From: Octopus sinensis
Taxonomy: Eukaryota
NCBI RefSeq assembly: GCF_006345805.1
Contig: NC_042997.1
Coordinates: forward strand, 175,336,001 to 175,400,000
Direction: 5' to 3'
Length of the DNA: 64,000 nucleotides
Below, in pieces: positions 37,863-50,640 of the stretch. The notes under the pieces were generated by a model, which had not been told where the DNA came from, did no database searches, and saw nothing but the letters and a program-made list of their open reading frames with translations. The position numbers were made by a program, and so were the translations under genes. Within the stretch, counting starts at the first letter, position 1, and every line of letters starts with the position of its first letter.

Positions 37863-40800
37863 AATTAGTTCATGTGTAAAAAGTTTATAGGCACCCAATG
37901 TATAATAAGTGCATGTGTGTGAGACAAGGTTGCCTCTTTCTATTACCAGTACAGTCCATCTGACAGATTTACATATAATTTATTGACTTAATTTCAATCA
38001 CAAATCTTGGACTAATTTGAGGCCTTGATAAAAGCCACTTGCTCTAGATATCATACAGTGTATTTCAATCGAAGACATCTTGATTGCAATGTGAACTTCT
38101 TAATTTTTGATCCATGCTGTGCACTCAACACTTGTCTGTGGCAAAAGCAGATTGGCAGATGTTCAGTGCGCAACATCCCTTAGTGTTCTATCTCTTATGA
38201 AAACTAAAGAATGTGTCAAAGAAGATATTTTTTGTAATTGTTTAACCAAATGAACAAAGTAATGCACCTTGCACTGAAGCAAGCACAATAAATACAGTTA
38301 AGCTTTGAACTCAAGACCTTGTGGTGAGCATTGCAGCATGTTAACCTTGCTGCCATCATAACACTGCTTTTGAGACTTGTACCAGTTTCAGTCTTAATGA
38401 CATAATACTTAGTTCAACCTATGCATTTTGATGTAATTTTATTGTTTTACTAGTTTCAGTCATTGAACTATGGCTGTGTTTATACTTGTGTGTGTGTGTG
38501 TGTGCCAGTACCACATAAAAAAACACCCAGTACACACTGAAAAGTGGTTGGTGTTAGGAAGAGCATCGAGCTGTAGAAACCATACCAAAACAGACAATTG
38601 AAGCCTGGGCAGCTCTTCAACTGGCCAATGCCTGTCAAACCGCTCAAACCATGCCAGCAGGGAAAATGGATGTTAAATGATGATGAACCCATGCAGACAT
38701 AGAGAAATGAATGCTAAACCAAGGCAATGATGATTGGATATTGAAACAGCTGGCATTTTACCAACCATCTGTTTCATATATATTTAATTTAATTTTTTTA
38801 ATATTAATTAAATATTTTCATCATGTTTTTAATTTTATCTATTATTCTTTTGGCTTGGGAAATTTGGTTTACTTAACTTGAAAACTACAGGGAATCAGCA
38901 ACTAGACTTACTGACAACTAATTTATTTTTTCTGTGATTAACTAGCTGTGTTAACAGAGGACCTAAATGCCATGCCCAATCTGTCACAGTCCTATTCTAT
39001 TTAGTGATTCCATTAGTTCTATTGAGCAATTTACAATAGAATTAGCTGTAATATTTCATTCATAAATTTTAATATGATCAAAGACTCTTCTTATTGCCCC
39101 TTCTCTTCTTCTATTACAAATTTGTTGAATGACTCATAACTATAAAAAAGATTGGCATTAAGACTGCAGTAGACGTTATCACATGTCTAAACAATCAAAT
39201 CATTTGTTTATTAATTTCTTTCAAGAATACAAATTATGTGGTGGTGAAGGGGAAGAGCAGGAGCATTTTTGATATTCAAAATTCAGGCCTTTAGTTGACA
39301 GTAGGTTTTTTTTGGAAAACCAAATTCAAGAAACATTGTTTTTTATGAAAGGTCATCTTTACTAATTACTAAATGGATGCACTTATTATTCTAAATAAGG
39401 GAATGAATTGAGAGAATTGTTAGAGCTTTGGACAAAGTGCCTTGTGGTATTCATTCTAGATCTTTATATTCTGAGTTCAAATCATGCCAAAGTCAATTTT
39501 GTCTTTCATCTTTCCAGAGTTGATAAAATAAAGTATCATTCAAGTACTGGAGTCTATTTTGACTTACCTCAGCCACTATATTGTTGTGGTTTTGTGCCTC
39601 TGTTAGAAATTATTAATATTCTAAATGCAGTGGCTAGGCAAAATTCATAGAGCACCAAACAAATTGCTTTGCTCTATTTAGTTATGTCCCTTTATGTTCT
39701 GCATTCAAATTCCAAGTCTATCATATTGAACATAGCCCTCCTATAGACTTTATTGAACTGATTTTTGCCAAAGCAGTCTACCAATATCTGCCTTTCGTTC
39801 TTCTGGTATATATAAAATAAGTACAGGTCAAGCATTAGGTCAATATAAATGACTGCCCTCTCCCATCAAAAACAAATTTCCAGCCTTCTATCTACATTAG
39901 AAATTATTATTGCAAGGATGGCGAATTAGCCAAATCATTGAAGTGTCAGGAAAAATGTGTTGCAATATTTGTCCTGACTCTTACATTCTTAGTTCAAATT
40001 CCAACATTGCTGTTTATCTTTCCAGGTTTGATGAAAAATTTTAAAATAGTCAAATATTAAGGTCAATTTATATCAGCTTTCCATCTTACATACTAAAAAT
40101 GTTTGACTTTGTGCTTATGTATGAAATTATTGTTGTTATTGCAACATGTCCCATTCATATCCTTTACAAGGTTTTAGTGGTGTAGTTGTAAAACTGTCCC
40201 AACTAAGAATTGAAACTTGGTTGCTGATTTGGCTTACTGACAACTTCAACACTATGCTATGTATAGCATACACCAATTATAAATCATTGAAAGTCTATTG
40301 TGGACTGACTGAACTCCCTGTAGGTAACACCTAAGAATGTTATCTGTTATTTACATACCCTGGTTGTTCTTCCAAAATATAATGATTCCCTTTGATAAGG
40401 AATAATGTTTCTATAGATGTTAGTTAGAAATATTTTGGTTCTCAGCTTCATCTTGTACTATACTAGATTGGAAAATTGAAATACTAAATGGAATAAGAAT
40501 AAGAAGAAAAAAAATTACTAAGGTCACTGTCTTTTCTGACATACTTTGTTAGTTTTAAAAAAATACCAAGGATTTCAGTAACTCAGGTACACCAAAACAA
40601 CACACTAATTACCATATACTGTGTTTAATTTCAGAAACAAAATCTAACAATGATTTCTTCCAGCTGTTGTTGCTATTATACAGTAGCAGTACAGTTGTAA
40701 AGTAAGTAGTAATTATAGTAGTTAGTGTTGGAAACACAAATTCTCAACCAATCACTAAAATGAACTACCAAGGCTGGTAGGTAATTGAGGAACACACTGT

Positions 40801-41204
40801 GTATTGGTGCAGTCTTTATCAGTCTTGGAAATGGGTATTCAGTTGTTTGATTAACTGAATTCTTACTTGTAAAATTAGTGTGTACGTTTCTGAGTATTGC
40901 ACAGTTGTGTGTACTATTAACACAATTTTCTAGTTGAATTGGTGTAACATAATGTGACAGGGCTGGACTGTTGAATTACAGATATAATCCAGAAAGAGTG
41001 AGAAGAAAAAAAAAAGAAAAGAAACTGATCCCACTTCTGGGCTGGTAATTTTTTATTTTAACCCTGAAAAAAATTAAAGGAAAATTTGACTTTGGGGAAA
41101 TTTGAACTCAAAGTGCAGAGAACTGGAATGAATATTTTATGAGGCATTTGCTGAAATGGTCTAGGGATTATGCCAAATCACAGCCTTCACTCTGAGTGCT
41201 AGTC

Positions 41205-41590
41205 GTCATCATCATCATCATCATCATTATCGTTTAACGTCCGTTTTCCATGCTGGCATGCATTGGATGGTTTGACTGGGAAGTGGCAAACCAGGAAGCT
41301 GCACCAGGCTCCAATCTGATCAGGCAATGTTTCTACAGCTGGATGCCCTTCTTAACACCAACCACTTTGAGAGTGTAGTGGTGCTTTTAATATGCCACCT
41401 GCATGGGAGCCAGTCAGGTGGGCCTGGCATCAATCATGTATGAATAGTGCTTTTTACATGCCACCGACACAGGAGCCACTTGGTGGGGCACTAGGATCAG
41501 TCACATTCGGATGGTGCTCTTTATGTGCCACCAGCACAGGAGCCAGTTGGGGGGCACTGGCATCAGCCACATTTGGATGGTGCTTTTTAC
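41205..41590 (-). mobile_element. RTE 3'UTR-derived repeat
   Basis: (CAT)n-CGTTTAACGTCC tail and ~67-bp subrepeats. Confidence 0.75.
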
Positions 41591-42052
41591 ATTAATTAAT
41601 TCTGTTTTGACTGAAAAAATAGAGTTTTTCTTTTTTTCATATTTAATAATGCCAGCAATATTCTGTGTATCTAAAATATATGTAAGATAGCCAGTGATGC
41701 TATCATATGAAATTCCTTCTGCCAAATAATTTGTTTAATTTGTGTGTATATTTTAAAGATTGTGATGGTAAGGGTGGTTGTTTCACCACAAGTCAGTCAT
41801 GATTAAAAAAAAATCTTGTGAACAAAATCATTCTAGCTATGACTCTTCCTCTAAAATGGTAATGGAGCAATTTGAGGAAGGTTTGGTTGTTTCTATCAAG
41901 TCAAGCAACCATGTCAACTTATATCATCATAGATATTGATATCTTACATTACTATAAGGCTACAAATTTGTTGTTAGGATAAAAGATTTAAACTAAGAAC
42001 ATAGAAAATGGGCTAAATTCTGAGAAAGATTTCTGATTCTCCACTGCCTTAA

Positions 42053-42272
42053 CCCTTTTGTTACCAACCCGGCTGAAACTGTTTCTGGCTCTGAGTACAA
42101 ATGTCTTGTTTTCATAAGTTTTGAATTAAAATCTTCCACCAAACCTAAGTCACAATTTATGTTCCTAACACTAGCTGAATGATAACTATGTTATTTTACT
42201 AAATTATTTGTTATATTTAAAGTAATTGAAAGAAACACAGAACATCACAAAATAAATACAGTAATGAAAGGG
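42053..42272 (+). mobile_element. piggyBac-type MITE family A (220 bp)
   Basis: TTAA-CCCTTTTGTTAC...GTAATGAAAGGG-TTAA; near-identical to 51605-51824. Confidence 0.85.
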
Positions 42273-43825
42273 TTAAATACAATGAATATTAACTGGAAAT
42301 TTTCAACTTCATTTAGAAAATCAAAATTTTAAATAGAAAGTAATGAGGACTATAAGAAAAAAAAAGGAGAGTTTCTATACTTTATTATTTCAATAAAATT
42401 TATCATTTGTCCTGGCACTGATCCATAGAACCTCTGTAGTGTTGGTGGCCTGATAAAATGCCTAAGTTGCACTGTAAAATATTTGCTGATAGGAAACAAG
42501 ACCATTCAGGCTTAAAAGCAAAGTCAAAATTACCAATGCAACAACAAAGCTGGTCGGTTTTTCTCTGTTGCTGTGTGTCACATAATGAAAGACTGCACAG
42601 CCCATATCAGCTTGGAAAAACAGGTTTAACATCATGAGTATGAAGGCGACAACAATGAATCGAGAATAATTTAATGTCATTAGAATAATAAAAAAATTTT
42701 CAGCAAAAACTACAAGAATTTGAAGAAGTTACGTTTGCCATTTCTAATTTCCATTTGATAAACCTCATATACTCAATGCCATGATGTGAGATTTTATTGC
42801 TGAATCTTAGATTAGCCTTGATCTAACAAACCTGTGATCAAATGTGTGTTTCGAGCTACTTCAGATTATATTATGCAACATCTACTTGCCTTTTTTTTTC
42901 CCGTTTATTATTTTTCCATGATGAGAAACAAGTGATTCAAGAGAGAATTGGTTGCTATTTCTGGCAGATTGAGCGACCACGTGGCTTCCTTCATTGACTC
43001 ATAATGCAAGTGTAATTGTTTCATTAGTTACCCAAGCCTAGAAAGATTTATCAGCATTAATATAAATTTAAAAAGCTGTTGTCATCAGCTGACCAAAGTA
43101 TTCTCCCTTATACTAAATGTTGACATGTTTTTATGTCAGCTGAACAATCCAGCTGTTTACTTTGACACAGAAAACAATAGCTGGTCTCTTTGAACTAACA
43201 AGAATAAATTTCATCTAATCTAAGCTAATAAAGGGGAACTTACATGATTGCGCAATCTACCAGAAATAGCAGTCAAATTTCTCTCAAATCACTCCTGTCA
43301 TCTCAAAAAAAAAAAAAAAAAAAGCTTATCTAGGACTACTTTACTTTAACTTATATATCTGAATAAAAGCTGGGATGATTGAGGATTAGAATTGCCTTAA
43401 TCATCATTTTGTTCAATCAGGACAGATTTTGATTTAAACAACAACTATGTATAGACTCTTATTTTTAGATGGGTGCATGGATGAATGTATTACTAGGTAG
43501 ATAAATGGACATGTGAATGAAATGTTACACAAACCCTCAGATATATAAATCTAAAACCAATTTCATTGATTAGATTGTATTATAGTTAGAAATAAGGCAG
43601 TGAGCTGGCAGAAATGATAGCACACTCAACAAAATGCTTAGTGACATTTTGTCTGTCTTTACATTCAGAGTTCAAATTCCACCAAGATCAACTTTGCCTT
43701 TCAGTTCCAATAAAATAAGTACTGACTGAGTACTGGGGTCGATATAATCAATAGCTCCCCTCCTCCAAAATTGCAGTCCTTGTACCTATAGTAGAAAGAA
43801 TTATTATAGTTAGAGCTGAGATTAA

Positions 43826-44051
43826 CCCTTTTGAGATAATATTTCTATTACTGTGTTTCAATTAAGTTGAGAACAATCAAGAATTTGGAGCAAGCTTTGT
43901 GAAATAAGTACATTGTTAAGATGACATTCTGAACATGATTTTGTGAAATGTTGTTAAAACTATGGTGCAAAATTTTAATTTGAAAAGGGTTCACCTTAAA
44001 CCATGAAATTTTGTATTAAAGAACTTCTTAAGCAGATTGGTATCAAAAGGT
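43826..44051 (-). mobile_element. Diverged piggyBac-type MITE (A-related)
   Basis: TTAA-CCCTTTTGAGATA...TATCAAAAGGT-TTAA. Confidence 0.6.
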
Positions 44052-44849
44052 TTAAAACCAGTAAAGAGACATTAATACAATTCTACATTATTCTATTTTC
44101 TACTTCATTGTTTTGAGTACAAGTCTCATTTATGTTACCTTTACTATTTTATTTCTCTAGAATTGTTGTTTTAAGAACAAAGGCTTTTCTGCAGTGATCA
44201 CTTCATTTATTTGTGTATCTAGGATTATATTGTTCTATGTGTTCTTCCTTTTGTCTTTTTATCGCAGCAGGGTGTTATTGAGGGAGATTTGTGTGTCATT
44301 TCTATCCTGTGATTTCAGGTTCAATCCCATATATGTTATGTTGGATAAGTGTCTTCTACTCTAGCTTGAGATTAAACAAAGCCTCATGAATGAAATTTGG
44401 TGGACAGAAGCTATGTGGACAGTTGTCAGTGTTTATGCTTTTGAGTGGCAAACTTAACCTTTTATCTTGTTTTACACCAGCACATGGCCCTTGGGTACAA
44501 TTAGCATAATACATGTTGTTGCAAGCTTCTGTGTTCTGTGTGTCCAGTTTGAAGATGACGTCTTCTTTTATTCTCATCAGTCTCAGACCCATGAAGATGG
44601 TCACAGGCACTGCTGTCCCCCGTTGTCAAAACTGGTTTTATGTGTAGTTAAATGGCACCTACATTTAAAATCCCTGAAAAATTTCATGCCTAGTTTAACA
44701 CCTGGCCTTTTACCTGAGTTCTCCCTAGCATTCAGGCACTTACTGCTCACATTTTGTCTTCAGAGATTTGGGCCTAGGCATTAACATCATAGATGCTAAT
44801 GTTCATGGCTGTTTCCTGCACCATCTTCACATAGAAGCCCCAGCCCATC

Positions 44850-45287
44850 CAACGTACCTTGGATCGCAGGACGGCCTGCTGTGCTTACCTTGGATCATAA
44901 GGTGACCTGCTGTGCTTGTGGAGACCTATTGATCAAGTACATCAACATCAAAAAATCAAATGGACATTTTAGTTGTGATACCTGTGCTGGTGGCACGTGA
45001 AAAGCACCATCCGAACGTGACCAATGCCAGTGCCGCCTTGATTTGCTCCTGTGCCAGTGGCACGTAAAAAGCACCAACTGATCGTGGCCGTTGCCAACCT
45101 CCCCTGGCATGTAAAAAGTACCCACCACACTCACGGAGTGGTTGGTGTTAGGAACGACATCCAGCTGTAGAAACACTGCCAGAGCAGACTGAAGCCTGGT
45201 GCAGCCTCCTGGCTTTCCAGACCCCGGTCGAACCGTCCAACCCATGCTAGCATGGAAAATGGACGTTAAACGTTGATGATGATGATC
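44850..45287 (+). mobile_element. RTE 3'UTR-derived repeat
   Basis: Same subrepeats and GGACGTTAAACG-(GAT)n tail. Confidence 0.75.
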
Positions 45288-45636
45288 TCACAAACCTGAA
45301 AGGGTCAGTAAAATTCATGAGCACTGTTCCAATTATAAATTTCCAAAAGGTTGTTGTTTTGTTTCTATTTTACAGTACTCAATCAGTCTAGTCCCTTTTT
45401 GTTTTTTCCATCTGCACTTACCACAACTCCTTATTGCTTCAGTGCTACCACATGCCCTTAATTTTTTTGTTCTCAACTGTAACTTCCTCAGATACTCTTC
45501 CTCTTCTGTCAACTATAACACCCACTTCCAGTCATCCTTAATCCTATTTTTGCACTGTTCCTAAATTACCTCTCTGCAGGATTTCTTTTAGTAGATATCC
45601 TTGTCTTTGAAACCTAAAATATGTGTGTGTGTGTAT

Positions 45637-45668
<32 letters not shown>

Positions 45669-46355
45669 TTGTGTTAGAAGGAGAGAGAAAGAGACAAAAA
45701 AAGATGTGTTTTGCACATGTCTATGTTTTTGTGTGTAAGAACTTGTGCTTATGCATGTGTCTGTGCATATGCACATGTCCCTGAGTATGTGTATCTCTCT
45801 CTCTCTCTAACTATAACTGTTCTGGTATTTTTATACCTCATAAGTAAGAAAGGTAGCAGAGTAACAGTAGAAACTGGATTGTTCTTCAACAATCTTGCCT
45901 TTAGTTCTTTTTTTTTTTTTACTGTCAGCTGAACACTGTTTCTAAATATTGCCTGCCTCTTTCTACCAGACACATCTATACTTGTGCTTGTTTGTGTCTG
46001 TGTGAAAATGTAAATGGCACTGAAATGTTAATTTCTTTATGAAAAATTCTCTCATTTTCATTAAATTCTTCTTTTGTAATTTACTCTCTTGTAGAACACA
46101 CACACACACACTTTCTCTCTTCCTCTCTGATACAATTAACACAATGTCTGGTTTAACACCACCACCTAGTCCTAGGGTGCCATTAGCCCATTCCACACAT
46201 TTTTCTTGCAGACATTCAGGCTGGGCATCAACCACATCAAACTCCCCAATTTTGGCAGACTTCCAAAGGGGAAACTGCCCCTTCTTCCCTGAACTGCTTA
46301 TAAAACAAAAACAAAGGCAAAAGAAAAAAAAAGAAAGCAAAAAGTGAAAACTCAT

Positions 46356-47397
46356 GCACAGGAGTGGCTGTGTGGTAAGTAGCTTGCTTACCAACCACAT
46401 GGTTCTGGGTTCAGTCCCACTGTGTGGCACTTTGGGCTAGTGTCTTCTACTATAGCCTCAGGCCAACCAAAGCTTTGTGAGTGGATTTAGTAGACGGAAA
46501 CTGAAAGAAGCCCGTCGTATATATGTGTGTATATATATATATATATATTAAGGTATGTAGAAAAATACAACATGGACAAGAGCGTATAACTCATAGAAGA
46601 CGATACAATAAACATGGACAGGACATTCGAACCCCTCAGTCTTCAGTCAAGAACCGGATCATCGTAGTAATTTCGGCTGATTAATCTTGAGATTACTAGA
46701 TCACGGCCAGCCCTCCAAGAAAAACTAAGCTGGAAGCGTAGATTTCCTGGAAGAAGGATCGAATGCATACGAACACCAGGACAGCAAAAGGGACAGATAT
46801 AAAAAAAACAAAAAACAATAATGGAATACAGAAACATGAAATACAGAAGCATTAACGGTGAAAACAACAAGTGTCTTACGACTGATAACAAGCAAACAAA
46901 TTTTTTCTCTGGCGCATTGGAAAAAGCCTTTATAGCGGCGGACGAAGAACAACGATGTTAACACGACGAGGGTCAGGAGCTGAAAGGCAGATTTCGGCCA
47001 ACAGTCACGTGACAGAGAAGAGGGAAAAGAAAAGAAAGAGAAGCAAAGGAAGAGAGAGAGAGAAAAGGGGGACAAAACGCAACAAAGAGAGAGAAGAGAG
47101 AGAAAGAAGGAATCAGAGAGGAGAAGGGATGGGTGTCGAAGAATGACCTGTGAGTGCAGAGCGAGACAAAGAAATAGGAGGGTAGTGGAAGACTAGACCA
47201 AAGGATCAGAGGAAAGAGAAGATGAATAGAGAGAAAGTAAAAATGAGAGAGAGAGAGAGACAAACAGAGAGTCGTACCAATTATTAAGAATATGTGTTCA
47301 CATTAATGATAAAGGGGGTACGGGGCGCCTGGAATATATGTTAAGGTATGTAGAAAAATACAACATGGACAAGAACGTATAACTCATAGAAGACGAT

Positions 47398-47436
<39 letters not shown>

Positions 47437-47665
47437 GTATGTGTGTGTGTGTGTGTGTGTGTATTTTTGTGTGTCTGTGTTTGTCCCCCAACATAGCTTG
47501 ACAACCGATGCTGGTGTGTTTACATCCCCATAACTTAGCGGTTCGGCAAAAGAGACTGAGAGAATAAGTACTAGGCTTCCAAAGAATAAGTCCTGGGCTC
47601 GAATTGCTCAACTAAAGGTGGTGCTCCAGCATGGCCACAGTCAAATGACTGAAACAAGTAAAAGA
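46356..47665 (+). mobile_element. SINE S1 split by the 46549-47402 insertion
   Basis: Head at 46356-46530; 3' half at 47435-47665. Confidence 0.85.
46549..47402. mobile_element. Non-coding PLE-like unit (793-bp period) with ~60-bp terminal direct repeats, inserted in a SINE microsatellite
   Basis: TAAGGTATGTAGAAAAATACAACATGGACAAGARCGTATAACTCATAGAAGACGATACAA occurs at ~46549 and ~47342. (TA)n lies on both sides and the host SINE resumes at ~47435. Confidence 0.6.
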
Positions 47666-49294
47666 AAGAGAGAGAGAGAAAAGAGTTTTACTTACATCAT
47701 GCAATATCCTTCTAAACTTAAAAAAAAAAACATACAAGTGCCTATAATGTTGGCCTTGACAAATGTGTTACACTGCTTTTTCATTACTAGCTTCACTGAC
47801 ATATTTTAAAACGCCATAAAATACTATAAAATTGTGTACTTTTGTAGTTGTGATACATGCAGACACAAATATATAGCAAAGAATGAGGGAACTCCCTGGC
47901 AGGCTATGTGGAAATGAAATAGAAGCTATGCACTTAGTCCAAAGAGTAAATAACTCAGATGTTATCTTTATGAAAAATAATAGTTCAATTTGTGTTGAGA
48001 GAATTAATAACGAGCCTGTAAGAAATATTAGTCAATGACTAAGCATTTTTTTTTTTTTTTGCTTACTTTTTCAAATATAAAATGTAACTCCTGACATGTT
48101 TTGATTTTATTTTGAGCTCAACAGTAGAGCATAGTCTTCACTGTACTTACTGTTGTAATGATGGCAGAATCATGTGAATATAAATAGACAAGACTATACA
48201 TTGGTTTACTTGAGAAAACAGAATTCTTCAGAAAATAAATAATACCAATACGCTAACCATACGAAAAATACTCTTTTACTTGTTTCATCCCCGTAACTTA
48301 GCGGTTCGGCAAAAGAGACTGATAGAATAAGTACTAGGCTTCCAAAGAATAAGTCTTGGGGTCAATTTGGTAGACTAAAGGTGGTGCTCCAGCATGGCCA
48401 CTGTCAAATGACCGAAACAAGTAAAAGAGTAAGAGTATAGTAGCTATTGTTGGTAATGGTGATGGTGTTTAAGCTTTGGTTATCCCTAACTGACAAGACT
48501 TATGATTAAAGATGCTCCAATTGTGATCATCCAACCTTTATTGGTCACATATTGAGTATCTAGGACTACATTATCTAATGTCATCTTCCCTTTTTATGAC
48601 ATTTGGGTATGATTTGAGGGAGAATAGACTGATATTTTTCACAGGTCATGGACCATGTAGAGGCTCTCTAACTGGTTCACTATAACAGAAGTATAACTTG
48701 GATATAGCCAATGATAGTCAACCCGCATATCTGATACACTCGAATATTCTCTGGCATATCTGCAGTGTCTGCATGTGCCTATGTGTATATGTCATATGTG
48801 CATCCTTGTGTGTGTTATATGCATTATTTATGAGCACACACATGCATACAGACAGCCACATACAGTTATATATTTTGCAAACATGTAAGCTGATATCTAC
48901 ATGAACTCATACATATGTATATTTAGACAATTGCATGTATGTGTGCTTTCATAGATAATGCATACAAAGATAAATATTGTGCCTCAGGGAATATTAAAAA
49001 CATTCCCGTTTTACAGTTGTAAATATAAAAGTCTCCATTGCAATTAGTTTTCTATTGGTCAGCCTATATTACTCCTCTTTCTCTCAATCCATCCTTCCTT
49101 CCTCTCCCAAATATCCTTTATAAATCATATAATAACTGTTAATGATAATTATACATCATTGATGATCATGATCATTCTTTAATTGCCAAAGAAGTGCAAA
49201 CAAGACAAAAATCAAACAATACAATTGATTTCTCTTGTTGGCAAGAGATCACAAATTGATAAGGGAATTATAGCTACCAGTTAGATTAAAACTA

Positions 49295-49353
<59 letters not shown>

Positions 49354-49361
49354 TATATAAA

Positions 49362-50640
49362 TATATCATTATCGTTTAACATCCGTTTTCCATGCTGGCA
49401 TGGGTTGGATGATTTGACCGGGGACTGGCAAGCCAGTAGGCTGCACCGGGATGCTGTCTGATCTGACAAGGTTTCTACGGCTGGATGCCCTTCCTAACGC
49501 CAACCACTCCAAGAGTGTAGAGGGTGCTTTTTATGTGCCACCAGCATGGGAGCCAGTCAGGTGGCTCTGGCATCAAATGCATTTAAATAGTGCTTTTTAC
49601 ATGTCACCAGCACAGGAACCACTTGGTGGGGAGAACTGGTATTGACCACATTCAGATGGTGCTTTTTATGTGCCACCAGCATGGGAGCCAGTCAGGTGGA
49701 ACTGGCATCAAATGCGTTTAAATAGTGCTTTTTACATGTCACCAGCACAGGAACCACTTGGTGGGGAGAACTGGTATTGACCACATTCAGATGGTGCTTT
49801 TTATGTGCCACCAGCATGGGAGCCAGTCAGGTGGAACTGGCATCAAATGCGTTTAAATAGTGCTTATTACATGTCACCAGCACAGGAACCACTTGGTGGG
49901 GAGAACTGGTATCGACGACATTCAGATGGTGCTTTTTATGTGCCACCAGCATGGGGAGCCAGTCAGGCGGCTCTGGCATCGACCCATGCTTCAATGGTGC
50001 TTATTACATGCCACCAGCACAGGTGCCAGTCAGGCGGCACTGACATTGGCCACAACTACAATTTCCATTTTGATTTCAGTCTTGATTTGATTTTGATTTT
50101 ACTCAACTCAATAGGTCTTCTCAAGTGCAGTGTATCACCCGAGGATTCAAGGGCTGGTTATGCAACACTGATATAGGCTACAGCTGTGATCTTACTTTAC
50201 TTGCCAGGTATTCTCAATCACAGCATATCTCCAAAGGTCACTGTCTCTTGTCATTGCCTCTGTGAGGCCCAATGTTTGAAGATTGTGCTTCACCACCTCA
50301 TCCCATGTCTTCCTGAGTCTCCCTCTTCCACAGGTTCCTTCTGCTGTTAGGGTGTGACACTTCTTCACACAGCTCTCCTCATCCATACACAGCACATGAC
50401 CATACCAGCACAGACATCTCTCTTGTACACCACATCTAATGCTTCTTATGTCCAACATTTCTCTCAGGATACTTACACTCTGATGTGTGCAGACTGACAT
50501 TATAAATCCAGTGGATCATTCTAGCTTCATTTCTTTCAAGCCTATGTATGTTCCCAACAGTGATGGTCCATGTTTCACTATCTTGTACCTTTCCCATCGA
50601 GTGAACCTTCTAAATCTTTCCTGTTGAGTGAAGATGCTTC
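49362..50640 (-). mobile_element. RTE-clade LINE 3' fragment (ORF C-terminus + 3'UTR with tandem repeats)
   Basis: CWYGHVLCMDE...GRGRLRKTWDEVVKHNL...DLWRYAV (50192-50500) is a typical RTE C-terminus. The UTR ends in GGATGTTAAACGAT(RAT)n. Confidence 0.85.
49524..50040. repeat. 135-bp higher-order tandem repeat (dimer of ~67-bp subunits), ~3.8 copies
   Basis: Units start at 49524, 49659, 49794 and 49929 and are near-identical. Confidence 0.9.

Noticed and set aside
44356-44784. Overlapping 84-aa and 105-aa ORFs in non-microsatellite DNA
   Set aside because: Only a faint, unconvincing resemblance to a LINE endonuclease; no splice context.
46620-46730. Partial hammerhead signals (GGCTG/CAGCC before GAAA; CTGAAGA) on the minus strand, and a similar one near 21590
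   Set aside because: Core and stems do not assemble into one fold; there is no stem I complementarity.
49524-50040. CRISPR-like regular array
   Set aside because: Contiguous tandem units without unique spacers, inside a eukaryotic LINE UTR.
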